From NCBI GenBank assembly GCA_040112665.1, contig CP157796.1:186813-250812 (forward strand): a DNA stretch of 64,000 nucleotides. Reading direction: 5' to 3'. Below the pieces are notes generated by a model, which had not been told where the DNA came from, did not search any database, and saw only the letters and a program-made list of their open reading frames with translations. Source of the DNA: Oceanicaulis sp. Lineage in GTDB: Bacteria; Pseudomonadota; Alphaproteobacteria; Caulobacterales; Maricaulaceae. Positions 44,081 to 52,934 of the stretch are shown here, in pieces; positions within the stretch are counted from its first letter, which is position 1; every line of letters starts with the position of its first letter. The position numbers and the translations under genes are program-made.

Positions 44081-45439
44081 CTAGCGGCTCAGGCGCAGCT
44101 GGTTGAGTTCGGCGGCGATGGCTGAGAACGCCTCGGCGATCTCCAGGCTCTCGACGTCGTAATACTGCCGGGTCGAGCTCGCGCAGTCGCGCATGTCGTC
44201 CTTGTTGCGTCCGCCGTTCACCTGGAAAGCGATCGTGTAGACCATCGCGCCGCGATCCTTGGCGTAGCTGCACATGTCCGAGAAAATGTCGCGCGCGGTG
44301 TTCTTGTTGTAGAGATCCTGCGTGCCGCGCGTGCCGACATGCGGATCGTCGCTGTTCTCGTTGAAGTCCGCCTCAGGACGCCGCTGCTGGGTGATGCCGC
44401 CGTCGGTCATCACCACCATGACCTTCATGGTCTCGTCGTCGGACCAGGCCACGGGCCGGTCGGAGAAGTCCGCGTCTCCGCCGAGCCGGCCCCGCCAGGC
44501 CGGATCTAGCGCGCGCACGCCCCAGCCGGTCCCGATATCGGTGCCCGTGCCGTCCGACAGCACCGGATTGTCGAACATGCCGATCAGCGCGTGCAGCCGG
44601 TTGCGGTCGTTCGTGAGGAAAAGCGAGGGCGTGTTTTCAGGCGGGCACCAGTCGTTGCCGCGGTTCCAGACGGTGAATTCGGGCAGGACCATGTGCACGC
44701 CGGCGGTCAGGTCGATCGAACGCGCCTGCGCCTGGGTCATTTCAAGACAACCGTTCCAGTCGGCGACCGTGCGCGGACGGCGCACCCGATAGCCCAGCCC
44801 CTCGGGCTCGAGCCAGTTTCCGCTCTGGACCACGTAATCGTAGAACATGTCCGGAAGCCGCACCGTGCCGCCATAGGGCACGACCGAGATTGAGGTCATG
44901 TCCTGGCTGTCGGCGGCCAGAACCGTATCCACGAAGTCCAACGCCGCGGCGCGCAGATTGTCGATCTTCCGCCCGCCCATGGACGAGGAGATGTCGAGCA
45001 CCAGCGAAATCTCGATATTGCGCGCGCGCTCCAGCGCGTTCGCTTCGCGGCGAACCGTGATCTCGTTGATCCCGGCGATGCCCAGAAGCGTGGTGGGGCT
45101 GCGCACCGAGGCGCGCGCACCGACTTCGCGGGAGTTCAGCGAAATCTCCATCGTCACATCGAGATCGAGCGTCTCCATCAATCCGGCATGGTCGCCCAGA
45201 GCCGCTTCGACATAGGCGCGCACCACCTGTTCAGGATCGCGGTCCTGGGTCAGCGAGGCGGCCGCCAGCACGCCAGAATCGAGCGCAGACTGAAGCTCGG
45301 TGCCGATCGCCACCGAACGTGAATAGTCGAGCCCGCCGCCTACGGCGGTCACCAGCGCGCTGAGGGAGATGCCGAACACCATCGCGATATTGCCGCGGGT
45401 GTCGCGGGCGTAGCGGCGGAGAAAGCGGGCCAGGGCCAT
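44081..45439 (-). CDS. TadG-like (TadE/G N-terminal) vWA-domain protein
   Basis: 452 aa. N-terminal Tad-type hydrophobic segment GNIAMVFGISLSALVTAVGGGLDYSR, MIDAS motif LDISSSMGG, and a vWA C-terminal part. SD is GAGGA. Confidence 0.8.
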   Translation of the reverse strand: MALARFLRRYARDTRGNIAMVFGISLSALVTAVGGGLDYSRSVAIGTELQSALDSGVLAAASLTQDRDPEQVVRAYVEAALGDHAGLMETLDLDVTMEISLNSREVGARASVRSPTTLLGIAGINEITVRREANALERARNIEISLVLDISSSMGGRKIDNLRAAALDFVDTVLAADSQDMTSISVVPYGGTVRLPDMFYDYVVQSGNWLEPEGLGYRVRRPRTVADWNGCLEMTQAQARSIDLTAGVHMVLPEFTVWNRGNDWCPPENTPSLFLTNDRNRLHALIGMFDNPVLSDGTGTDIGTGWGVRALDPAWRGRLGGDADFSDRPVAWSDDETMKVMVVMTDGGITQQRRPEADFNENSDDPHVGTRGTQDLYNKNTARDIFSDMCSYAKDRGAMVYTIAFQVNGGRNKDDMRDCASSTRQYYDVESLEIAEAFSAIAAELNQLRLSR

Positions 45440-45529
45440 GCGGGCGTCCTCGGGTTCGCGCCGCCCAAAACCGGGACGGCTCGTCCCCTACTCTGCACGC
45501 CTCGTGCCAATATCAAGTTAAAACAAAGG

Positions 45530-45545
45530 TTTACGACCCGTTAAC
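45530..45545. promoter_or_regulatory. CtrA-box-like site (8/9) upstream of first TadG-like gene
   Basis: TTTA-CGACCCG-TTAAC lies 91-106 bp upstream of the ATG at 45439. It also matches the half-site form: TTAACCGT against TTAACCAT. Confidence 0.35.
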
Positions 45546-45547
45546 CG

Positions 45548-46870
45548 TCACCGGGCCAGCCGCAGCCGGTTCATGTCCGCCGCGATGGCGTAAAACGCGC
45601 CTGCGATGTCGAGATCCTCGACCCGGTAATAGAGCTGGGGCCGGCTGGCGCAGTCCTGCAGCCTGTCCCGGTTCGAGCCGCCGGAGACCTGGAACGCGAT
45701 CGAGTAGACCGTCACGCCGTTCTGCTTGGCGTAGTCGCACCACCACGTGAAATCATCAAAGGCCTCTGAGCGGGTGACGAACACCTCGCGATCTGACGGA
45801 TGCAGATAGTAAGGCGGCCACCAGTCTTCGCGGTCATAGTCCTCAGGGAATCCCGACGGCGGGCGATACTGGTCGGTCACCGCGCCGTCAGTCATCACGA
45901 TCAGCACCTTCATCGTGCCCGCCTCATCATAGGCGACCGGCCGGTCGGGAAACTCGTCCGACAGAACGCCCCGCCAGGCCGGGTCGAGCGCGCGCACCGC
46001 CCAGCCGATCGCGATGCCCGTGCCCGTGCCGTCGACAAGCGAGGGATTGTCGAAGGTGCGGATCTGGCCCTTCAGCGCGTCGACATCTTTTGAGATCCAC
46101 TGGACTTCGGTGTCGTCCGCGCCAGGACACCAGAACTCGATCCGGTTGGTGTGGTAGGTGTGGAAATGCGGGACCGCTTGGTAGGCCGCCGTGTCCAGCG
46201 TCACCGAGGTGATGTCGTCTTCGGGCAGCTCCACGCAGCCGTTCCAGCCCGCTCCGCCCACGCCCGGCGCGAGGAGGTGTTCGAGCCGGGCGCCCACCCG
46301 GGTCTGACCGCCATAGGGCACGATGGTGAAGCTCGTCAGCCCTTCGGTGTCCTGGCTGAACACGGTCTGGACGAACTCGGCGGCCGCCTCACGCAGGGCG
46401 TCGATCTTCGAGCCGCGCATCGAGCCGGAAATGTCCAGCAGCAGGGAGACCTCGACGTTCTGGACCTGCTCCATCGCCTCGGCGTCGCGCGCCATCTTCA
46501 TCCGCTCGATCCCCACCACGCCTAAAAGCACGGTGGGCACGGTCACTTCAGCGGTCGCGGTCACGACCCGGGCGTTCATCGCAACGTTCGGCGTGACGGT
46601 GACCACGAGGGATTCGATCACCCCGTCATGCTCGGCGATGGCGGCCTCGAGATAGGCGCGCACCACGTCCTCGGGATCGCGGTCCTGGGTCAGCGACGCG
46701 GCCGCCAGCACGCCGGTGTCCAGCGCGCCCTGGATCTCCGCCCCGATCGTATAGGTCCGGGTGAAGTCCAGGGCGCCGCCGACGCCGGCTGCGAGGGGGG
46801 CGAGCGCCAGCGCGAACATGACCGCGACATTGCCGGCGGACGATTTGAGAAAGGTCTTGAAGCGAGCCAC
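45548..46870 (-). CDS. TadG-like vWA-domain protein, tandem paralog
   Basis: 440 aa from GTG after AGGAGG. GNVAVMFALALAPLAAGVGGALDFTR and MIDAS LDISGSMRG. Many blocks are shared with the downstream paralog (GVLAAASLTQDRDPE, VPYGG, WNGC, FDNP, DGTGT, VRALDPAWRG, IAFQV.GG). Confidence 0.8.
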   Translation of the reverse strand: MARFKTFLKSSAGNVAVMFALALAPLAAGVGGALDFTRTYTIGAEIQGALDTGVLAAASLTQDRDPEDVVRAYLEAAIAEHDGVIESLVVTVTPNVAMNARVVTATAEVTVPTVLLGVVGIERMKMARDAEAMEQVQNVEVSLLLDISGSMRGSKIDALREAAAEFVQTVFSQDTEGLTSFTIVPYGGQTRVGARLEHLLAPGVGGAGWNGCVELPEDDITSVTLDTAAYQAVPHFHTYHTNRIEFWCPGADDTEVQWISKDVDALKGQIRTFDNPSLVDGTGTGIAIGWAVRALDPAWRGVLSDEFPDRPVAYDEAGTMKVLIVMTDGAVTDQYRPPSGFPEDYDREDWWPPYYLHPSDREVFVTRSEAFDDFTWWCDYAKQNGVTVYSIAFQVSGGSNRDRLQDCASRPQLYYRVEDLDIAGAFYAIAADMNRLRLAR

Positions 46871-46919
46871 GGGCGAACCTCCTGCCGCTTTGAATGCAGG
46901 GAAGGATCGCTCCCGGCCT

Positions 46920-46935
46920 GTTAACGGACGGGTAA
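46920..46935 (-). promoter_or_regulatory. CtrA-box-like site (8/9) upstream of second TadG-like gene
   Basis: The plus strand reads GTTAACGGACGGGTAA, which is TTAC-N7-TTAAC on the gene strand, 50-65 bp upstream of the GTG. A second GTTAAC lies at 46955. Confidence 0.35.
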
Positions 46936-46968
46936 GAAACGCGGTGAGCGCAGCGTTAACGCTTTTTC

Positions 46969-47733
46969 CTAGCGCACATAGCTCGCACCGTTCACGTCGA
47001 TCGTCGCGCCCGTCGCGCTGGGACAGGCGCCCGACAGCAGGAAGGCCGTCAGCGCGCCGATCTCTGCCGGGTCGGCCATCGCGCCCAGCGGGACTTCAGC
47101 GAGCGCGCGGCGCCTCGCCTCGGGGTCCTGCGGCGCCATCTCGGTGTCGATCCAGCCCGGCGAAATCGCGTAGCAGAGGAGCCCGCGGCCCGAATAGGCG
47201 CGCGCAAAGGTCTTCATCATCGCGATGAGACCCGCCTTGGCCGCCGCGTAGGACGGATGATCGGCGTCGTCGCCGCGATGCGCCGCGCGCGAGCTGATCG
47301 CCACGATCGATTTCACCCCGCCGTTCACCGGCGAATCCACCCAGGCGCGCGCCGCATGCCGGGCGAGATCGGCGCAGGACTGAAGGTTTATCTGAAGCGT
47401 GCGTGCCCAGTTCTCAGACCAGGCCGCCGCGTCGTCATGCACGCTCGCAGCTTCGAAGACGCCGTGATTGAGCACCAGTCCGTCGAGCCGGTCGCGGGCG
47501 TGGCGCTGGGCGTGGCTCCAGGCGAGCTCCGCCGCGCCGGGCTCGGCGAAGTCCGCGCCGACGATCCCCGCGGCGCGATCGCCGAGTTCGGCGGCGAGGG
47601 CGCGCGCGGCGTCCTCGTTCTTCGCATAGCCGATGACGACCTTGCCTCCGGCCGCAGCGATCGACCGGGCGATGCCCGCCCCGGCGCCGCGCGAAGCGCC
47701 GGTCACGAAAATGGTGCGGCCGTCCAGCGTCAT
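46969..47733 (-). CDS. classical SDR family oxidoreductase
   Basis: 254 aa from MTLDGRTIFVTGASRGAGAGIA (TGxxxGxG). Catalytic SS...YAAAK. Confidence 0.85.
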   Translation of the reverse strand: MTLDGRTIFVTGASRGAGAGIARSIAAAGGKVVIGYAKNEDAARALAAELGDRAAGIVGADFAEPGAAELAWSHAQRHARDRLDGLVLNHGVFEAASVHDDAAAWSENWARTLQINLQSCADLARHAARAWVDSPVNGGVKSIVAISSRAAHRGDDADHPSYAAAKAGLIAMMKTFARAYSGRGLLCYAISPGWIDTEMAPQDPEARRRALAEVPLGAMADPAEIGALTAFLLSGACPSATGATIDVNGASYVR

Positions 47734-47843
47734 GGCGAATCCCCTGTTTTGAAAGCGCATCCAATCGCGACGGACCAGCGCGGTAAACCGTCACGGCGCC
47801 GCAGCCTTGCACGGACCGGGTGAACAGCGTTCATTATAACCCC

Positions 47844-48303
47844 ATGAGCGATGTCGTCATTCTGATCACCGTGCTGGGCGCTTCGGCGATCTCGGTGGGG
47901 CTGATCATCGCCCTCAACGCCTGGCTGGGCGGCTGGACGCCCAGGCGCTTCGCCACGCTGAAAGACGCCGCGCGCGCGATCGAGGACCAGGTGTTCGGCT
48001 TCGATCCTTCGGAAGACGGCGTGCTGGCGCGGGGCGGACGCGCCGCTCTGATCGTCGAGCGCGGCGGCGGGCGGCTGGGTCTCGCCACCACCGCAGGTGA
48101 TCGCGCCATCGTGCGCGCGCTGCGCCCCGGCGAGCTTCAGGGCGTCAGCCTTGAGGGCTCCACCTTGACGCTGACCCTGGGCGACTACACCTTTCCGAAA
48201 GCCTGGCTGACCTTTGAAGACGCGGCGACCGCGTCGATCTGGGCCGAGCGGGCCGAAGGCTTCGCCGTCCGTCCTGAGGGCGCCGGCGCGAAACGAGCGA
48301 GCC

Positions 48304-48311
<8 letters not shown>
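47844..48311 (+). CDS. hypothetical membrane-anchored protein
   Basis: 155 aa. One N-terminal TM helix (VVILITVLGASAISVGLIIALNAWL) and a soluble beta-rich domain ending in a helix. Its stop overlaps the next gene's start (ATGCCTGA). The start is uncertain because no SD is visible. Confidence 0.45.
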
Positions 48312-49254
<943 letters not shown>

Positions 49255-49267
49255 GCCGCCCGCCCCG

Positions 49268-49342
49268 TGCAACGCCATGCAACCGGCGTGCAACGCCGCA
49301 CGCGCGCCGGTGCATCGATTTCGCCGCCGCTGCACCTGCACG
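49268..49342 (+). repeat. phased TGCA(A/C/T)C hexamer array, possible regulator binding sites
   Basis: TGCAAC at 49268, 49278 and 49289 (10 and 11 bp apart; the 10-mer GTGCAACGCC occurs twice). TGCATC at 49311, TGCACC at 49331 and TGCACG at 49337. The array lies between the hydroxylase stop and the Cys-rich gene start. Confidence 0.4.
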
Positions 49343-49400
49343 CACCGGCCCGCTGACGTCAAAAGGTCGCCATCCTCAGGACAGGACAGGAGACCTTGAG

Positions 49401-49871
49401 ATGAAAAACCTGATTTCACTGGCCCTTGCGGCCATGATCTTCCTCGGCGTCGCGACCGTCGCGTCCGGCGCGGTCGCCCAGGAGCGGCCCGCTCGCGCAG
49501 CCGTGTCCCAGGAGGCCGAGCGTGCGCCGATCCGCGCCGTTCCGGTCCGCCGCGCCTCTGAAGACCGGCTCAGCCCGGCCATGCAGCGGGCGCTGGAAAG
49601 CGGCGACATGCGCCGGATTTCCATGGTGCTGCGTCTGCCGGAAACGGTTCCGGCCCGCGCCACCCCGGCCCGCACCACCACCGGCCAGTCTGGCGAGCTC
49701 GGCATCGGCGCCGATCCGCTCGCCCACCAGTGCAGCGGCGGCAACTGCGCCTGCGCCGGCGTCGAAGACTGCGTGAAGATGGTCGACGACGAGATCTGCA
49801 AGCCCAAGACCATCGGCTGCAACGCCAACGGCTGCGCCTGCGAGGAAGCCGACCCGCCGGCGGACGACTGA
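49401..49871 (+). CDS. secreted protein with C-terminal 8-Cys module
   Basis: 156 aa, SD GGAG. Signal peptide MKNLISLALAAMIFLGVATVASGAVAQ and an Arg/Ala/Pro-rich middle. C-terminus is HQCSGGNCACAGVEDCVKMVDDEICKPKTIGCNANGCACEEADPPADD, with the motif C-X4-C-A-C occurring twice. Confidence 0.6.
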   Translation: MKNLISLALAAMIFLGVATVASGAVAQERPARAAVSQEAERAPIRAVPVRRASEDRLSPAMQRALESGDMRRISMVLRLPETVPARATPARTTTGQSGELGIGADPLAHQCSGGNCACAGVEDCVKMVDDEICKPKTIGCNANGCACEEADPPADD

Positions 49872-49896
49872 CCCTCGGTCGTCTCGCCGTCATCGC

Positions 49897-49931
49897 CGCG
49901 CCCGGACGCACCTCCCCCCGCGTCCGGGCGC
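49897..49931 (+). terminator. GC-rich hairpin after Cys-rich gene (weak terminator candidate)
   Basis: GCGCCCGGACG-loop-CGTCCGGGCGC, with no clear T-run. Confidence 0.35.
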
Positions 49932-50096
49932 GCCTTGATTCAAAGCCCGCTGCGGGGCTGGACAAATCCCCGCGCCGCCCTCATCCTGCATTTTGTGAAC
50001 GCCGTTCATTCTTTAATCCGGACGGCGTAAGCGGGCCGGCGCGCCCGCATCCGAGCAAGGCGCGCGCGGCCCTTCAGACTGCTGGAGGAGAGCCCC

Positions 50097-51209
50097 ATGG
50101 CGGCGCTGCGCGACCTTTACCCCATGCCGGACATCGACGCGCACTGGCACGTGCCCAACGCGTTCGAAGCGGTGTTCGACTGGCGCTTCGACGAAGGCCG
50201 CACCACGCTCATGCACCTCTACCAGAAAGGTAAGGACATGCAGTGGGATGCGCTCGAGCGCATCGACTGGGAGCTCGATCTCGACCCTGAAAATCCGATG
50301 GAGATGCCTGACGAGGCGGTGCCGGTCTTCGGCTCCGACGTCTGGAACAAGATGACCGCCAAGGAGAAGGCCGAGCTGCGCCGGCACACCCAGGCTTGGA
50401 ACATCTCCCAGTTCCTGCAGGGCGAGCAGGCCGCGCTTCTGGCCGCTTCGAAGATCGTCCAGTCCGTGCCCGATCTCGATTCCAAGTTCTACGCCGCCAC
50501 CCAGGTCATGGACGAGGCCCGGCATGTGGAGGCCTACAAGAAGCTTCTGAACAAGTTCGGCGTCGCCTATCCGATGACCGATCCGCTGCAGGTGCTGGTC
50601 AACCAGGCGCTGTCCGACAGCCGCTGGGACGTCACCTATCTGGCCATGCAGGTGGTCATCGAAGGCCTGGCGCTCGCCGCCTTCGGCACGATCCGCGACA
50701 TCGCCCAGAACCCGCTGGCGCGCATGGTCAACGCCTATGTGATGGAAGACGAGAGCCGGCACGTCGCCTTCGGCCGGGTCAGCTTGCGCGACTACTACCC
50801 GCAGCTCACCCAGAAAGAGCGCGACGAGCGCGAGGAGTTCCTGGTCGAGGCCTGCTATCTGATGCGCGACCGGATGACCCGCGGCAAGGTGGTCTACGAG
50901 GTGCTCGGCCTGCCGGCCGAAGAGTGCGACGAGTTCTCCCAGAACTCCGAGATCGTGCAGCTCTACCGCACCATGCTGTTCCAGCGCATCGTGCCGATCG
51001 TGAAGGATATCGGCCTTTGGGGGCCGAAGATCCGCAAATGCTACGAAGACATGGGCGTGATGCACTACGCCGATCTCGATCCCCAGGCCCTGCAGGACGA
51101 CGACGAGCGCATCGCCCGCGAAATCGACGCCAACAAGGCCCGCAAGGATTATATCGAGGCCGTCGCCCGGCACGGCGCAGGCGGCCCCGTCGCCGGTCAC
51201 GCGGAGTAA
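50097..51209 (+). CDS. ferritin-like di-iron oxygenase (AurF-like family)
   Basis: 370 aa, SD GGAGGAG. Carboxylate-bridged di-iron ligand pattern: FLQGEQAA, MDEARHVE, VIEGLALA and MEDESRHV. Confidence 0.8.
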   Translation: MAALRDLYPMPDIDAHWHVPNAFEAVFDWRFDEGRTTLMHLYQKGKDMQWDALERIDWELDLDPENPMEMPDEAVPVFGSDVWNKMTAKEKAELRRHTQAWNISQFLQGEQAALLAASKIVQSVPDLDSKFYAATQVMDEARHVEAYKKLLNKFGVAYPMTDPLQVLVNQALSDSRWDVTYLAMQVVIEGLALAAFGTIRDIAQNPLARMVNAYVMEDESRHVAFGRVSLRDYYPQLTQKERDEREEFLVEACYLMRDRMTRGKVVYEVLGLPAEECDEFSQNSEIVQLYRTMLFQRIVPIVKDIGLWGPKIRKCYEDMGVMHYADLDPQALQDDDERIAREIDANKARKDYIEAVARHGAGGPVAGHAE

Positions 51210-51277
51210 GGCGACAGCTTTGCGCGGCGCGCCGGCCCTGTTAACTTTTTCTCCGGCCTAGACCGGGGGGAAGGGTC

Positions 51278-52771
51278 ATGCGTTTCACCGCACTGTTCAT
51301 CGCTGCGCTCGCCGTTCTGGCGCTCGCCGCGCCGGGCCACGCCCAGCGCTGGACCGCACCGTGGACGGATGCGGAGATCGACGAGCTGGGCTATGCGCTG
51401 GCCGAAGCCTGGACGCACGGGCTCGATCCCGCCGATTACGCCGATCCTGCAGAGCTTCTCGCCATGCCGCCCGGCCGGGCGCGGGACCGCGCCGCGCGCG
51501 CGGCCTGGTTCGAATACGCCGAGGATCTCGCCTTCGGCCGGGTCGACCCCCGGTCGCTGGACGAAGACTGGACCGCGACGGTGCGCGATCAGGACCTGAT
51601 GGTCTGGTATCAGCGCGCCCGCGAGCAGCTCGGCGTGTACGACGCGCTCGAAGCCCTCGCCCCCGGCCATAGCGATTACGCCGCCTTGCGGGCCGAGCTG
51701 ATCCGGCGCACCGCCCTGCCCACGCGTCCTGGCGCGATATCGCCCGGCCCGCCGCTGAAGCCCGGCGACGCCGGCCCGCGCGTGGACGCGCTGCGCGCCC
51801 GGCTCTATGCGCTCGGACTTCTGACCGCGCCCGGCGCGCGGGGCGAGCCCTTCGACGCGCGGCTGCAAAGCGCGGTGATGCGGTTTCAGACCCGCCACCA
51901 CCTCGCTGCGGACGGAGAGGCGGGCGCGGATACGCTGCGTCAGCTCAACGCCGGCGAGGACGCGCGGATCGACCAGCTGCGCGCCAATCTCGAACGCTGG
52001 CGCTGGCTCGCCGCCGATCTGGGCGAGCGCCATGTGCGGGTGAACATCGCCGATTATCGCCTCGAAGCCTGGTCGGCGGGCCGTGTCGAGCGCACCCATC
52101 AGATCCAGATCGGATCGGTCTGGGCCTCCACGCCGGTGTTCAGCGAAGACATGTCGATCGTGGAGATCAATCCCTGGTGGCTTACCCCTGGCGGGCTGGG
52201 TTCGCGCTGGGTGGAGACCTTCCGGCGCAATCCCGGCTACGCCTATTCAGAAGGGTATCACCTGGTCGATCTCGACACCGGAGAGCGGGTGGACGCCTAC
52301 ACCGTGAACTGGAGCGGGCGGCGCTTCCGGGTCATTCAGGAACCCGGGCCGAACAACGCCATGGGGCAGGTCAAATTCCTGTTTCCGAATAAGCACAACG
52401 TCTACATCCACGACACCCCGCACCGTGAGCTTTTCGCCCTGTCTCAGCGCGACGACAGCTCGGGCTGCGTGCGCGTGCGCGATCCAGAAGACTTCGCGGT
52501 CTGGGTGCTGGCGGGCGAAGGGTGGAGCCCCGAACGCGTACGCGCCGCCTTCGCCGGAGAGCGCACGGTGCGTGTCCGGCTTCGCAATGAGATCCCCGTG
52601 CACATGCTCTATTTCACCGCCGTCACCGACCGGTTCGGCGCGGTGCGCTTCGTACACGACGTCTACGACCGCGATCAGCGCCTGATCGACGCGCTGAACG
52701 GCGTGACGCCTGAGCCCGCCGGCGCGGACGAGCGTCCCGACCTTCCCGCCGACGAGAACGCGGCGCTCTAG
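51278..52771 (+). CDS. L,D-transpeptidase family protein (YcbB-like, PG-binding + YkuD domains)
   Basis: 497 aa. Signal peptide, PG_binding_1-like repeat (RLYALGLL...LQSAVMRFQTRHHLAADGEAG), and catalytic HDTPHRELF....SSGCVRV. Confidence 0.88.
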   Translation: MRFTALFIAALAVLALAAPGHAQRWTAPWTDAEIDELGYALAEAWTHGLDPADYADPAELLAMPPGRARDRAARAAWFEYAEDLAFGRVDPRSLDEDWTATVRDQDLMVWYQRAREQLGVYDALEALAPGHSDYAALRAELIRRTALPTRPGAISPGPPLKPGDAGPRVDALRARLYALGLLTAPGARGEPFDARLQSAVMRFQTRHHLAADGEAGADTLRQLNAGEDARIDQLRANLERWRWLAADLGERHVRVNIADYRLEAWSAGRVERTHQIQIGSVWASTPVFSEDMSIVEINPWWLTPGGLGSRWVETFRRNPGYAYSEGYHLVDLDTGERVDAYTVNWSGRRFRVIQEPGPNNAMGQVKFLFPNKHNVYIHDTPHRELFALSQRDDSSGCVRVRDPEDFAVWVLAGEGWSPERVRAAFAGERTVRVRLRNEIPVHMLYFTAVTDRFGAVRFVHDVYDRDQRLIDALNGVTPEPAGADERPDLPADENAAL

Positions 52772-52880
52772 GGCTCCATCCCGTCACACGGCGCGCAGGC
52801 CGCACCAAGTACAGCCCCGCAAACAGACGCGCGGAGCCGGCGCGCGACCGGTCACGCCCGGCCGCCTGAATCCAGACGAC

Positions 52881-52912
52881 AAAAAACCCCGCCGGCGAAC
52901 CGGCGGGGTTTG
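52881..52912 (-). terminator. rho-independent terminator after second TBDR gene
   Basis: The minus strand reads AAACCCCGCCGG-TTCG-CCGGCGGGGTTTTTT. Confidence 0.7.
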
Positions 52913-52934
52913 ATGTCTGCGGTTAGCCGCTTGC

